Shown here: in pieces, positions 26,336 to 36,208 of the stretch
How positions within the stretch are numbered: position 1 is the stretch's first letter
Layout: every line of letters starts with the position of its first letter
Assembly: GCA_963976765.1 (NCBI GenBank)
Contig: CAXBME010000047.1
Location: 1 to 36,333, forward strand
Reading direction: 5' to 3'
Length of the DNA stretch: 36,333 nt
From: an uncultured Planctomycetaceae bacterium
Lineage (GTDB): Bacteria; Planctomycetota; Planctomycetia; Planctomycetales; Planctomycetaceae
The notes under the pieces: generated by a model
What the model saw: only the letters and a program-made list of their open reading frames with translations
Told to the model about the DNA's origin: nothing
Database searches by the model: none
Program-made: the position numbers and the translations under genes

Positions 26336-27616
26336 TCAGACCAGCTCCAGACCGGTCAGCGTGGTCGTCCCCTGGCTGAACTGGTCTGTCTCGACGCCAA
26401 ACCTTTGCAGCATTGACACGAACAGATTGCACAGTGGGACTCGACGATTGCTGGCCTTCGGGTATTCCTTGTGCTCGCCGTGCCGGAAGCCGCCACCCGC
26501 CAGAATGATCGGCAGGTCGTTATTCGTGTGCGAGTTCGCGTCGCCCATTCCGCTGCCGAACAGAACCATCGTGCTGTCGAGCAGCGTGCCGTCTGAATTC
26601 GGTTCACGGATTGACCGAAGCCTGTCGAGAAACCCTGCAAACTGCTCCACCTGGTACCGCTCGATTTGAACGAGCAGTTCGATGCTCTCTTTCACTTTTC
26701 CGTGATGTGACAGTCCGTGATAGCCCTGTTTGATTCCCAGAGCTGACGACACAAATCCTTCTGCAATCTCCAGCGTCGCGACTCGCGTCGAATCTGTCTG
26801 CAGAGCCAGCGCGATCAGTTCATACAGCGCGGGCAGGTCGAGTGTCAGACCCTTGTTCGTTGGCTCGTCAATTGGAGCTTTCGGCTTCGGAATGCGCAGC
26901 CACTGCTGATCGAGAGTGAGCTTTGTCTCGACATCCCGCACCGAGGAGAAATACTCGTCCAGCTTCTGAGCGTCGTTTCTGCTGAGCGTTCTTTTCAGCG
27001 AGTTCGCATCGCCCAGCACGGCGTCCAGAATCGATGCCTGCAGATGAATACGTTCTTCCGCTTGTTTCTTCCCGGCCGCACTGTCTTCGACGAAGAGCTG
27101 ACGAAACAATTCTCTCGGGCCGGGAATGGGCGGAACCCGAGTTCCCGTCCGAGTCCAGCTCATCTGGCAGCCGCCGTGCAGCCCGTATTCAGATCCGATT
27201 GTCAGTGACGGAAACCTTGTCCGCGAGCCAACGAACTCGGCGGCTCGCTGATCAACGCTCATCCCGCCGCCCGGCAGCCCGCGAGCTTCCGCGGCCTTGA
27301 CTCCGGTCAGAAAGCCATGAATGGCAAAGTGCCCACCCTTCAGGCCGTGATCAAGATGCGAAAACAGCGTGAAGTTATTTTTGTGTGGAGCCAGTGGTTC
27401 CAGCAGCGGTGTGAGTTCGTAGTCGGAACCGGTCTGCTTCGGCCAGAAGTTACCGGGGTGCATTCCGAATTCGTTACCGACGCAGACCATGCGGCGTGGC
27501 GAGGCCTCTGGGCGATCCGCGCGAGCCGCCTGTCTCGCAGACTCAAGGGTCGGAAGTGCCAGGCAAACGCCGGCTGCCTTCAGGAAGGAACGGCGATCGG
27601 CTGAGTGAATAATCAT
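26336..27616 (-). CDS. DUF1552 (HxxSHH) family Tat-exported protein
   Basis: DRRSFLKAAGVCLALPTLES, SVDQRAA, LDEYFSSVRDVE, ALQTDSTRV, YHGLSHHG, LPIILAGGG. Stop lies 1 nt before the cytochrome start. Confidence 0.92.
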   Translation of the reverse strand: MIIHSADRRSFLKAAGVCLALPTLESARQAARADRPEASPRRMVCVGNEFGMHPGNFWPKQTGSDYELTPLLEPLAPHKNNFTLFSHLDHGLKGGHFAIHGFLTGVKAAEARGLPGGGMSVDQRAAEFVGSRTRFPSLTIGSEYGLHGGCQMSWTRTGTRVPPIPGPRELFRQLFVEDSAAGKKQAEERIHLQASILDAVLGDANSLKRTLSRNDAQKLDEYFSSVRDVETKLTLDQQWLRIPKPKAPIDEPTNKGLTLDLPALYELIALALQTDSTRVATLEIAEGFVSSALGIKQGYHGLSHHGKVKESIELLVQIERYQVEQFAGFLDRLRSIREPNSDGTLLDSTMVLFGSGMGDANSHTNNDLPIILAGGGFRHGEHKEYPKASNRRVPLCNLFVSMLQRFGVETDQFSQGTTTLTGLELV

Positions 27617-27890
27617 GCTCGAAGTCCTGGATAATCTTCAGGCTGGAAACGGTGATTCTGAGCAGTGTTCCGTGAGGGGAGCAGCGCGGGCACGTAGGTT
27701 TGCGTTCGTGGCAGTTTGTCGGGGCGGTGAGACTCTTGAGGATTCCAATGATGGCCGGGAAGCTGAATTTGATCCAGCCATTTCAGCGGTCCGGTGCCCA
27801 TTCTTTTGTCAGTAATGTATCGTGTTTCGAACGGAAAAGTCGTGACACGAACAGTCCATCAATCGGTGTTTTGAAACGGGAACCCGGACA

Positions 27891-29240
27891 ATGACACGTT
27901 CTGCTTTCGACAGAAGGATCAAACTGACTCGCCGGGAGTGTCTCGGAGTGCTCGGTGTACCGCTGCTGATGCCTGATGTCGCCTTCAGTGCATCGGGCAG
28001 AAAGCCGCCGAGCGAGCGAATCGCCGTTGGCGTTGTCGGAGCTGGTTCGCGAGGCTTCAATCTGATTGACGAATTCCTCAACCAGGCCGACACTCAGATC
28101 GTCGCGGTGTGCGACGTCGATTCGTTCCATCATCGAGACCGACCGTGGGGGCAGGGGCCGGCCTATGGACGTGAGCCTGCCAAGCGACGGATCGACAGAC
28201 ATTACGGATCGACACCCGGCGGCGGAGTCTCAGTCACCGGCGACTTTCGCGATATCTGCCAGCGCGACGACATAGATGCCGTTGTCGTCGCGACGCCTGA
28301 TCACTGGCATGCGCTCTGCACGCTGGAAGCGTTGCGAAACGACAAGGACGTCTACTGCGAGAAGCCCGTCACGCACACCTTTCAGGAAGGACAGCTTGTC
28401 TATCGCGAGGTCGCGGATCAGAAAGCTGTATTTCAGACTGGCAGCCAGCAGCGGTCCAGTGAGGAGTTTCGCCGAGCGGTTCAGCTGGTTCGAAGCGGCA
28501 TCCTCGGAAAGATTCAGCGGATCGAAGTCGGACTCCCGCCCGGCTACGACAAGCCTCAGGGCGACACGAAAGTTGCCGCACCGCCTGACCATCTTGACTA
28601 CGAGCTGTGGTGCGGCCCGGCTCCGAAATTACCGTACATGCGGGCTCGTCATCACCGCTGGTGGCGTGGCCATCGAGCGTTTGGCGGAGGCGTGCTGATG
28701 GACTGGATCGGTCATCACAACGACATCGCTCACTGGGCACTCGGAGTCGACCATTCCGGCCCAATCAGAGTCGAAGCCGTCGGCTGGACGTTCCCCGAAA
28801 CCGACGTCTATGACACGCCGCATCAGTACCAAATTCGCTGCGAGTACGCTGGCGACGTCCAGACTTCGATCTCCAGCAGCAACCTGCTCGGTACAAAATT
28901 CATCGGCGAAGACGGCTGGGTACACGTCACGCGAGGCCGATTAACCGCGTCCGACAAACGCTGGACCGCCAGCGATTTTCCGGTGTCGTCTGACGATGTT
29001 TACCATTCAGACAATCACACTCGCAATTTTCTGGACTGTGTGAAGTCTCGAAAGACCTGCATCGCCCCCGCCGAAACCGGGCATCGATCAATCACGCCGG
29101 GGCACCTCGGCTACGTCTCGAACATCCTCGGTCGAGCACTGAAATGGGATCCGGAAAGGGAAGCCATCGTCGACGACGAAGAAGCCGGCAAACTGCTCCA
29201 GACTCACAACTACCGAAAGCCCTGGACGACCGTCGGTTGA
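27891..29240 (+). CDS. Gfo/Idh/MocA family NAD(P)-dependent oxidoreductase, probably Tat-exported
   Basis: TRRECLG, GVVGAGSRG, VAVCDVD, ATPDHWH, DVYCEKP, QTGSQQRS, DWIGHHND, terminal YRKPW. Confidence 0.92.
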   Translation: MTRSAFDRRIKLTRRECLGVLGVPLLMPDVAFSASGRKPPSERIAVGVVGAGSRGFNLIDEFLNQADTQIVAVCDVDSFHHRDRPWGQGPAYGREPAKRRIDRHYGSTPGGGVSVTGDFRDICQRDDIDAVVVATPDHWHALCTLEALRNDKDVYCEKPVTHTFQEGQLVYREVADQKAVFQTGSQQRSSEEFRRAVQLVRSGILGKIQRIEVGLPPGYDKPQGDTKVAAPPDHLDYELWCGPAPKLPYMRARHHRWWRGHRAFGGGVLMDWIGHHNDIAHWALGVDHSGPIRVEAVGWTFPETDVYDTPHQYQIRCEYAGDVQTSISSSNLLGTKFIGEDGWVHVTRGRLTASDKRWTASDFPVSSDDVYHSDNHTRNFLDCVKSRKTCIAPAETGHRSITPGHLGYVSNILGRALKWDPEREAIVDDEEAGKLLQTHNYRKPWTTVG

Positions 29241-29303
29241 AGTGACTCGGCGGTTTCATGCCAGCGCTCTCCTGCACGTCGGCGACGCCGCCGCTGAAAA
29301 CAA

Positions 29304-29339
29304 CAGCCCGCGGATGACGAACTGGTCAACCGCGGGCTG
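29304..29339. terminator. Probable bidirectional intrinsic terminator
   Basis: CAGCCCGCGG/CCGCGGGCTG 10-bp stem plus inner TGAC/GTCA, flanked by AAAACAA and CTTCATTTCT, between convergent genes. Confidence 0.7.
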
Positions 29340-29373
29340 CTTCATTTCTGCAATCGTGTTCTGCCGATCGGGT

Positions 29374-30933
29374 TTACGGTTTCGACGGCGGTGCAGGTGG
29401 GGCGGGGACTTTAAGCTGTGCAAGGTACGACCGGGCGCCGTACTGAGTCAGACGAAATCCAAGCAGGTCAGAGATCATTCGGTACGATGGTTCGGCGGCG
29501 ACAGAGTCGAATACCGAAATGATCGTTTGGAGATCCTTTCGATCCGTCGCTGAAATGTTTTCCGCTCGGATTGAGGCGATTCGTCTGGCATCGTCGAGTT
29601 TGAGATGCGACGTCCAGCGCGATCCCGTTTCAAACTGCTGCAATTCCTCTTCGAGCAACTCGACCGAGAGTGTGAACTGCTTCTGAAGCCTCTGAGTCGG
29701 TGGAACGAGCAGTTCTCTCAACACAAGATGCGTTGTCTGGAATCCCCAGAGCCGGCTGATCTGGCGGTACTCGGAGTTCTGCTGAACTCTTTCGTAGGTT
29801 TTCAAAATTCCGGCCAGACGAAGTTGGACGGGTTCTGGCATGAGCGGCTCGACGTCGCTCGGCGCAACGGCGCCGGATTCCGGTGGCAGCGGTGCGAGCG
29901 TTGGCGGAGGAACGGCCTGTCGCAACTCGTCTGTTTTCAGGAACGATTTCCAGCCATTGCCGGTTGATAGTCCGTCAAGCTGCTCGTCGAGTCGATCGAC
30001 TGCGAATAACAGCAGACCTCGTAATTCAACTCCCGGCATTCCGGCCAGCTGATCGGCAGTCGGGACGGGCGGCTCTTCTGGCGGTTGCGGAGCGGTTGGC
30101 TGCAAAGACTGCGGTTGCGTCACGATGACCGGCCCCGATGGAACAACCACCTGCGGGCGAGTGTCGATCGCGATGCCCCAGCCACGGTTCTGATAAAACG
30201 GTGACGAGTAGCCATATCCCGGCCCGTAGCCTCGATTCAAGCCGTTGTAGTTGCGGGATGAGCCGCCAAAGCCGGGACCAATTCCTGGATTTCCTCGAAA
30301 AACCTGCACGCCGCCGGGGCCGATGCTGATTCCGAGTTGCGACCGCTGCCCGCTGTCCCGTCGTCCATCATCGCGCTGTCCGCTGTCCCGTCGTCCAGAG
30401 TCGCGTTGTCCAGAGTCGCGTTGTCCAGAGTCGCGTTGTGGCGAACCGCCCGGTGACGGTCGATCCGGTCCCGGTCCGCGTCCGGGGCGTCCTGCTTCAG
30501 CGACAGCGCCAGCCGCAGGAGAGGCTTCGTCCACGTTGGGAGTTCCTCGATTTCCATCTCGACCGGCGTCGGGAACTGAATTCTCGCGAGTTGGTCTGTC
30601 GCCTCGTTGACTGTTTCCGGCTGGTGGTGAGTCAGTGGGACGAGCGGGTTGTGAAACTTCCGCTGGCTCCGCTGAAACAGCCGCAGCGGGAGGCGGCAAT
30701 GGTTCGGCTGGCTGCGGTGCTGGACTTTCGACGACCGGCTGCGAAGGACTTTCAATCACTGGCGGAGGACTTTCAGCGACCGGTGCAGGTGGCTCAACAG
30801 CGGGGGGAGGGCTTTCGACAGGTGGCGGTGCCTGGGCTGGTTCGGCAGCCGGTTCGTCCTGAGCGAAGGCGCCGACGCTACTGGCTGCTGCAAACACAGA
30901 CGCCAGGGTCAGCTTGCGGATGATCGATTTCAT
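29374..30933 (-). CDS. Secreted Pro/Gly/Arg-rich hypothetical protein with a duplicated C-terminal helical domain
   Basis: Sec signal (MKSIIRKL...AFA-QD), ESP-type Pro repeats, QRDSG repeats, Gly/Tyr-rich segment, two similar ~95-aa C-terminal units. Confidence 0.8.
   Translation of the reverse strand: MKSIIRKLTLASVFAAASSVGAFAQDEPAAEPAQAPPPVESPPPAVEPPAPVAESPPPVIESPSQPVVESPAPQPAEPLPPPAAAVSAEPAEVSQPARPTDSPPAGNSQRGDRPTRENSVPDAGRDGNRGTPNVDEASPAAGAVAEAGRPGRGPGPDRPSPGGSPQRDSGQRDSGQRDSGRRDSGQRDDGRRDSGQRSQLGISIGPGGVQVFRGNPGIGPGFGGSSRNYNGLNRGYGPGYGYSSPFYQNRGWGIAIDTRPQVVVPSGPVIVTQPQSLQPTAPQPPEEPPVPTADQLAGMPGVELRGLLLFAVDRLDEQLDGLSTGNGWKSFLKTDELRQAVPPPTLAPLPPESGAVAPSDVEPLMPEPVQLRLAGILKTYERVQQNSEYRQISRLWGFQTTHLVLRELLVPPTQRLQKQFTLSVELLEEELQQFETGSRWTSHLKLDDARRIASIRAENISATDRKDLQTIISVFDSVAAEPSYRMISDLLGFRLTQYGARSYLAQLKVPAPPAPPSKP
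30349..30438 (-). repeat. In-frame 15-bp tandem repeat, 6 units (QRDSG x3, RRDSG, QRDDG, RRDSG)
   Basis: TCCAGAGTCGCGTTG occurs perfectly three times at 30394-30438, plus three diverged units at 30349-30393. Confidence 0.9.
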
Positions 30934-31212
30934 GGTGAACTCGCTCTTCTAAAGATTCGGAGACAAACTCCGGGAGGGGACATTATTCGCGAAACAGCCT
31001 TCGATCACCGCGTTGGAAACCTGACGTCACTTCAGCGAAAACAAATGTGATTCTACGTTGGATGCGACGCTTGTCGAATGGTTTCGAAAATCATCTTCGT
31101 CAGTGTCATTTTAATGAGGCATGTCGTCGACACTCGTTTCGAATGAAATCAGGTGTTAAGACTCGAAACAGTTGGCGGTTTCTTTGCTGACGACAAAGCA
31201 AGGAGATCTGTG

Positions 31213-32040
31213 ATGAACAATCTGGCTGCTGGTTCTGGTAATGCACTGTGTAGTGAAGCTGGTTCTTTTATGAAGATGGGCGTCGACATCGACAAACCTG
31301 GGCAGGTTCGACGACCGAATGAACGAGTGGCCGGGTATCAATGCTGGTCGGATCTGCTTTTCGCTCACTGGCGAGTACCGGTTGACTTGTTGCGACCATT
31401 GATTCCGCGAGAACTGGAGATTGACACGTTTGACGGGGAAGCCTGGCTCGGGCTGGTGCCGTTTCACATGTCGGGAGTTCGGCCCGCGTGGTTTCCGGCG
31501 TTGCCGTACGTTTCGGAGTTTCACGAAACGAACCTTCGAACGTACGTTCATTTTCACGGTCGCGATCCAGGTGTGTGGTTCGTCAGTCTCGACGCGGCCT
31601 GTCGAGCGGTCGTTGAAGTGGCGCGCTGGAAATGGCATCTCAACTATTTCTATGCAGACATGGAGCTGGTTCGCGACGGAAATAACGTGCGGTATTCGAG
31701 CCAGCGGCTCGATTCCCGTTCGCCTCGTCGCGCGGAAGTTGAAATTGCGGCGGAGATCGGCGGATCGTTGAATCCGGAGCCGGGGACCAGTGTTGAACCG
31801 GGGACGCTCGAACACTTTCTGGCCGAGCGGTACGTGCTCTACGCGAGCGATCATCGCGGCCGGCTGCTGCGGGGCAGGGTGCATCACTCGCCCTATCCGC
31901 TACGGTCGGCAAAAGTCGTGTCATGCCGTCAGACGTTAGCGTCGGCGGCAGAAGTACCGGTTTCCGGACAACCGGACCACGTGTTGTTCAGTGAAGGCGT
32001 TACGGTCGACATCTTCCCCCTGCGACGCGTCAGTCTTTGA
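31213..32040 (+). CDS. YqjF family (DUF2071) protein
   Basis: QCWSDLLFAHW, IDTFDGEAWLGLVPF, FHETNLRTYV, GVWFVSLDA, FLAERY. AGGAG 7 nt before ATG 31213 (31270/31276 are alternatives). Confidence 0.88.
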   Translation: MNNLAAGSGNALCSEAGSFMKMGVDIDKPGQVRRPNERVAGYQCWSDLLFAHWRVPVDLLRPLIPRELEIDTFDGEAWLGLVPFHMSGVRPAWFPALPYVSEFHETNLRTYVHFHGRDPGVWFVSLDAACRAVVEVARWKWHLNYFYADMELVRDGNNVRYSSQRLDSRSPRRAEVEIAAEIGGSLNPEPGTSVEPGTLEHFLAERYVLYASDHRGRLLRGRVHHSPYPLRSAKVVSCRQTLASAAEVPVSGQPDHVLFSEGVTVDIFPLRRVSL

Positions 32041-32173
32041 CTGCTCTGCCTGATCGACACAAACTGCTCGTGTCATCCGCCGATCAAGAGTAAGATGAAA
32101 CGCGGTTTGATCTGACTTTGTCATCGGGTGGCAGAATTTGCCCGATGAAGCCACTCAACGGGCAGGATGTTTT

Positions 32174-35100
32174 ATGTCCACGACGCTCGATCGCCATCAG
32201 GCAAAAAAGAAGAAAGCGTATGCGGAGTTTGACGAGTACATCTCGTATCAGCTTCGGAAGACGCAGACGGGCATTCGCTCGACAGATATCTTCACCGCAG
32301 TTTGTGGCGCAGCCGTCTTTGTTATCAGCTACCTGCTGGTATTTGTCGTCCTTGATCACTGGGTAGTGACCGGTGGTTTCGGCAATGCCATGCGGGCCGT
32401 GCTGCTGGTTGGGCTGCTGGTGGGCACTCTGGTATGGATTGGCTGGAAGGTTGTCTGGCCGTGTTTTCGACGCGTGAATTCCCTGTACGCGGCGAAGGCA
32501 CTGGAAGAGGCATCGCCCGAGCTGAAGAGCACACTGCTGAACTATGTCGATCTTCGCTCGGCGCGGCGCGAAGTCGCTCCGGCAATTATCGACTCGATGG
32601 AAAAGCGGGCAGCGGTGACGTTGTCTCACACAGAAGTTGAAGACGCCATTGACCGCAGTACGCTGCTTCGACTTTCGTATGCGCTGCTGGCGGCGGTCGT
32701 TCTCTTCAGTGCTTACTCGATCGTTTCGCCAAAAAAAGTCTGGCCGTCGATCGTCCGAATTTTTGCTCCAAGTTCCGACGTTTCGGTTTCGACTCAGACG
32801 GCATTCCTGAGTGTCGACCCCGGCGACACGAGAGTTCTGGCTCGTGAGTTTCTGACAGTGACAACTGACCTGGCTGGCGAAGTGCCTGAGAAGGTCACTT
32901 TGTTCTTTACGACGGCCGATCAGCAGTTTGTCGACGAAGCCGTGCCGATGCGCGAAGTCGAAGCCGGTCTGAAACGCTATCAATGTATTTTGAAAGGCTA
33001 CCGCGGCGAAGGACTGCTGCAGGGACTCACGTACCGAATCGCCGCCGGCGACGCATCAACGCAAACATACCACGTGACGGTTTCACAGCCGCCGTCGGCG
33101 ATTGTCGACGAGGTGCGTTACTCGTTTCCTGACTACATGGAACTTCCGCCTGAGCGTGCCGTCGGATCGAACATCGACACCTGGGAAGGGACAAAGGTCG
33201 AGATCCACGCGACAGCAAATATGGTCGTTGAATCAGCAAAGCTGCAGTTTTCGGACGAGGCCGAGTTTCCCGCACGGTGCGAAGAAATTCGAATGAAAGT
33301 CGGCAGCGACGGGACGAGCCTGTCTGGTCTGTGGCAGCCGATCATTCGAGACGACGGGACGTACCCGAAGTTTTACCGAGTCCAGTGTCGAACCAGAGAA
33401 GGCGTGACGGACCCCACCCCGGTGGTTCATTCGATTCAGATTGAGGCTGACCAGAAGCCGGATGTTTCGATACTTCAACCGGGCGGAGATCTGGAAGTCG
33501 CTGCAAACGCCGTCGTCCCGCTGTTGATTCATGCCAGCGATCCGGACTTTCGATTAAGCCGAGTCGTGCTTCGTATGAAAAACGGAGCTCAGTTTCTGAC
33601 TGATCGATCGATCTACAAGGGGGCCGATGTCGAGCAGCGGGTTCTCCACGAATTGAAAATTGCCGAACTCAATGTGAAACCCGGCGACGTGATTACCTGG
33701 TGGGCGGAAGCTCACGACAATCGACGAGTCGAGACGTCGACTCGCACATTGCTCGATGAAAATCGCAGCGAAACTCCTCGGCTGAAGTTTCTGATCAAGG
33801 CTCCGGTTTCCGAAAAAGTGGCTCAGGAACAGCTTGAACGCGACAAGCATCGTGCTGAGGAAAAGCTCGACGAACTTGAACAGCGATCAGGCAACGTCGA
33901 CCAGTCGGTCAGCGATGCAGATTCCGGTATGCAGGATCGTGAACCAGATGCAAAGATGGACGATCCGGCTGGCTCCAATGATCTGCAATCAAAAAAAGAC
34001 GAACTACAGCCGGAAGAGAATTCGCCAGACGAGAAGAATCCGAACGGTGAAGAATCGAAAGATGGCGGCAAGGGCGGCGGCGATTCGGATTCCAACTCGA
34101 ATGGCAACGACGGCAAAAACAAAGGTGACGAGACAGGCAGGTCGGGCGGTGACAAATCCAGCGATGGAGACAACGGAAATGGGACAGAACGTCGCGGAAC
34201 TGAGTCGAAGCCGGAAGGAAAGAAAGGCGAGTCGGGGCCTCAAAAACCTGTCAGCAACGACGGTTCGCAGGACGACGAGATTCTCAAGGAGTTGCTCAAG
34301 CAGAACCGCGACTCGAAATCGGATCCCTCTCAGGACGCAGGCCGGAACGACGAAGGCAAAGAGGGAGACGGCGGTTTAAATCAGTCTCCGAAAGATCAAC
34401 CGGACAGTGATAAGTCAGATTCGCCCAGTGTTACATCAGGAGAAAAGGACGAAGCTTCTGAGTCGTCAGCGCCGAATTCGAACGACACGAAAGACAGAAA
34501 CGCGAGTGAAAAGCCGAAAGGTGGCACGTCCCCGGAGAAGTCAGGCGGGAACTCTGCTGAAGAAGATGGCATGCCGGGCGACGATGGAAGTAAACCACCG
34601 AAAGGCAACGAAAATACAGAATCGTCCGGCGAGTCAAACAAGAGTAGAGATGGCGATGATTCTTCCAGAACAGGCAGGTCGCAGGACGACTCGTCGACAG
34701 ACCCGCCAGGCGGATCTTCGGGGATGCCGGATTCAGGAAACTCAAAGACAAGTGACGGCTCAGACAGCAGTGACGATCCGAAAGCCTCGCCCAGCAGTGA
34801 AACGTCAGGCGATCCTTCGGATGGCGGGAAACCGGGCGAGCCTGTCAAGAACCTGGACAACAGAGACGGCAGCAAGCCTTCTGGACGGGGTGATGCAGGC
34901 AAGTCTGAGCCGGGGGATGCGAGCAAAGGCGGTCAGCCGGATAAATCTGGAGGCAGCGACTCAACTGACAAGAACGGCAACTCAGGTGAGTCGTCTCCCT
35001 CTAAGGACGGATCGAATGGAAAGTCACCCACGGAAAACGGACCGAAGAGTGGCGCCGGCGGAGAGTCGAAAGACCAGCCGCCGGGCAACGGATCGTCCAA

Positions 35101-36001
35101 ACCTGCCGACAACGATGGTGGGAAGCCGGGGGATGGTTCGGCGAGCGACAAGGTCGGGGAGTCTTCAGCAGATAAGCCGGCGACCGGGCAGGGGGGGGAT
35201 CCGAAAGGCAGGACTGAAGGTAAGCCTGGTGAAAAAACTGCCGATGGAGACGGATCAGAAACCGGCAAGGTTGGTTCCGAGGTCAGCGGCGATCAGAAAT
35301 CCGGCGACGCGAAGAGTGGGAAACCTGCCGGTGGCGATTCCCCCGACAAAGCGGGAAAGCCTGGCGAAGGGGATTCAGCAAGCGGTGAGTCAGGAAATGG
35401 CTCGCCCGGTGACGGACAGAGCCAGAAGCCGGGCGGAAAACCTGGACAAAGCACTGGTTCGAAGCCGAGCGGAAATTCGGACTCTGGTGGGGATGCCGTG
35501 GCGAATCCTGACGACGAAGCAAACCTTGATGAAGCGGTTCAGCGACCAGACTCTGGCGCCAACCCGACTGATCCGAATTTGACGGGAGCAGACGAGGCAA
35601 ATCTCGATGACAAGTTGAAGGCTTCAAACATGGTGTTGAAGCGTCTGAAAGACGAGCTTGAGCGTGGAGACGTTGATCCAGAACTTCTCAAGAAACTTGG
35701 ATGGACCGAACAGGATATGCAGCGGTTTGCTGACCGACTCGAGCGACAGCTTGCTCAGCCAAAATCGGGCGATCCGGCTGCCGAGGCACGTCGTCGTCAG
35801 TTTGAAGAAGTGCTTCGCAACGTCGATCTGGAATCAACAGGCCGAGAACGGTCAGGAAACGTCGACAATCAGAAATCCACCAACAACTTCTCAGAGCGCC
35901 GTCTGCCGGCCCCACGTTCGCATCGAAAAGCCTATGAAGACTACATCAAAAGGCTTTCGCAACAACGTCGAGGAACCGGTGTAGTTCCATCGGAAAGGTG
36001 A
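32174..36001 (+). CDS. Large membrane protein, DUF4175-like architecture with a long G/S/D/K/P low-complexity region
   Basis: Three N-terminal TM segments, beta-rich region (YSFPDYM, ADQKPDV, ASDPDFRL, PGDVITWWAEAHDN), ~550 aa disordered stretch, helical C-terminus (DPELLKKLGWT...PRSHRKAYEDY). AGGA before ATG 32174. Confidence 0.75.
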   Translation: MSTTLDRHQAKKKKAYAEFDEYISYQLRKTQTGIRSTDIFTAVCGAAVFVISYLLVFVVLDHWVVTGGFGNAMRAVLLVGLLVGTLVWIGWKVVWPCFRRVNSLYAAKALEEASPELKSTLLNYVDLRSARREVAPAIIDSMEKRAAVTLSHTEVEDAIDRSTLLRLSYALLAAVVLFSAYSIVSPKKVWPSIVRIFAPSSDVSVSTQTAFLSVDPGDTRVLAREFLTVTTDLAGEVPEKVTLFFTTADQQFVDEAVPMREVEAGLKRYQCILKGYRGEGLLQGLTYRIAAGDASTQTYHVTVSQPPSAIVDEVRYSFPDYMELPPERAVGSNIDTWEGTKVEIHATANMVVESAKLQFSDEAEFPARCEEIRMKVGSDGTSLSGLWQPIIRDDGTYPKFYRVQCRTREGVTDPTPVVHSIQIEADQKPDVSILQPGGDLEVAANAVVPLLIHASDPDFRLSRVVLRMKNGAQFLTDRSIYKGADVEQRVLHELKIAELNVKPGDVITWWAEAHDNRRVETSTRTLLDENRSETPRLKFLIKAPVSEKVAQEQLERDKHRAEEKLDELEQRSGNVDQSVSDADSGMQDREPDAKMDDPAGSNDLQSKKDELQPEENSPDEKNPNGEESKDGGKGGGDSDSNSNGNDGKNKGDETGRSGGDKSSDGDNGNGTERRGTESKPEGKKGESGPQKPVSNDGSQDDEILKELLKQNRDSKSDPSQDAGRNDEGKEGDGGLNQSPKDQPDSDKSDSPSVTSGEKDEASESSAPNSNDTKDRNASEKPKGGTSPEKSGGNSAEEDGMPGDDGSKPPKGNENTESSGESNKSRDGDDSSRTGRSQDDSSTDPPGGSSGMPDSGNSKTSDGSDSSDDPKASPSSETSGDPSDGGKPGEPVKNLDNRDGSKPSGRGDAGKSEPGDASKGGQPDKSGGSDSTDKNGNSGESSPSKDGSNGKSPTENGPKSGAGGESKDQPPGNGSSKPADNDGGKPGDGSASDKVGESSADKPATGQGGDPKGRTEGKPGEKTADGDGSETGKVGSEVSGDQKSGDAKSGKPAGGDSPDKAGKPGEGDSASGESGNGSPGDGQSQKPGGKPGQSTGSKPSGNSDSGGDAVANPDDEANLDEAVQRPDSGANPTDPNLTGADEANLDDKLKASNMVLKRLKDELERGDVDPELLKKLGWTEQDMQRFADRLERQLAQPKSGDPAAEARRRQFEEVLRNVDLESTGRERSGNVDNQKSTNNFSERRLPAPRSHRKAYEDYIKRLSQQRRGTGVVPSER

Positions 36002-36208
36002 TGTCCGCCGTTTACGCCCTCCGCATCTCATGTGGCAGCCAGGTGTGACTTTGAGCAACTCAGCAAAGTTCGCAAGAGAAACTCTCAAGTTCCGCTGATC
36101 AGTACGCCGAACACTGGGGTTCCCAGCATTTGTTTTTGAATCACAGCTGGGAAGTGTCGGGCGTTTCCGGGCAAATTCAAAATTGTGTCAGATTCTTGTT
36201 TCAGTAGC

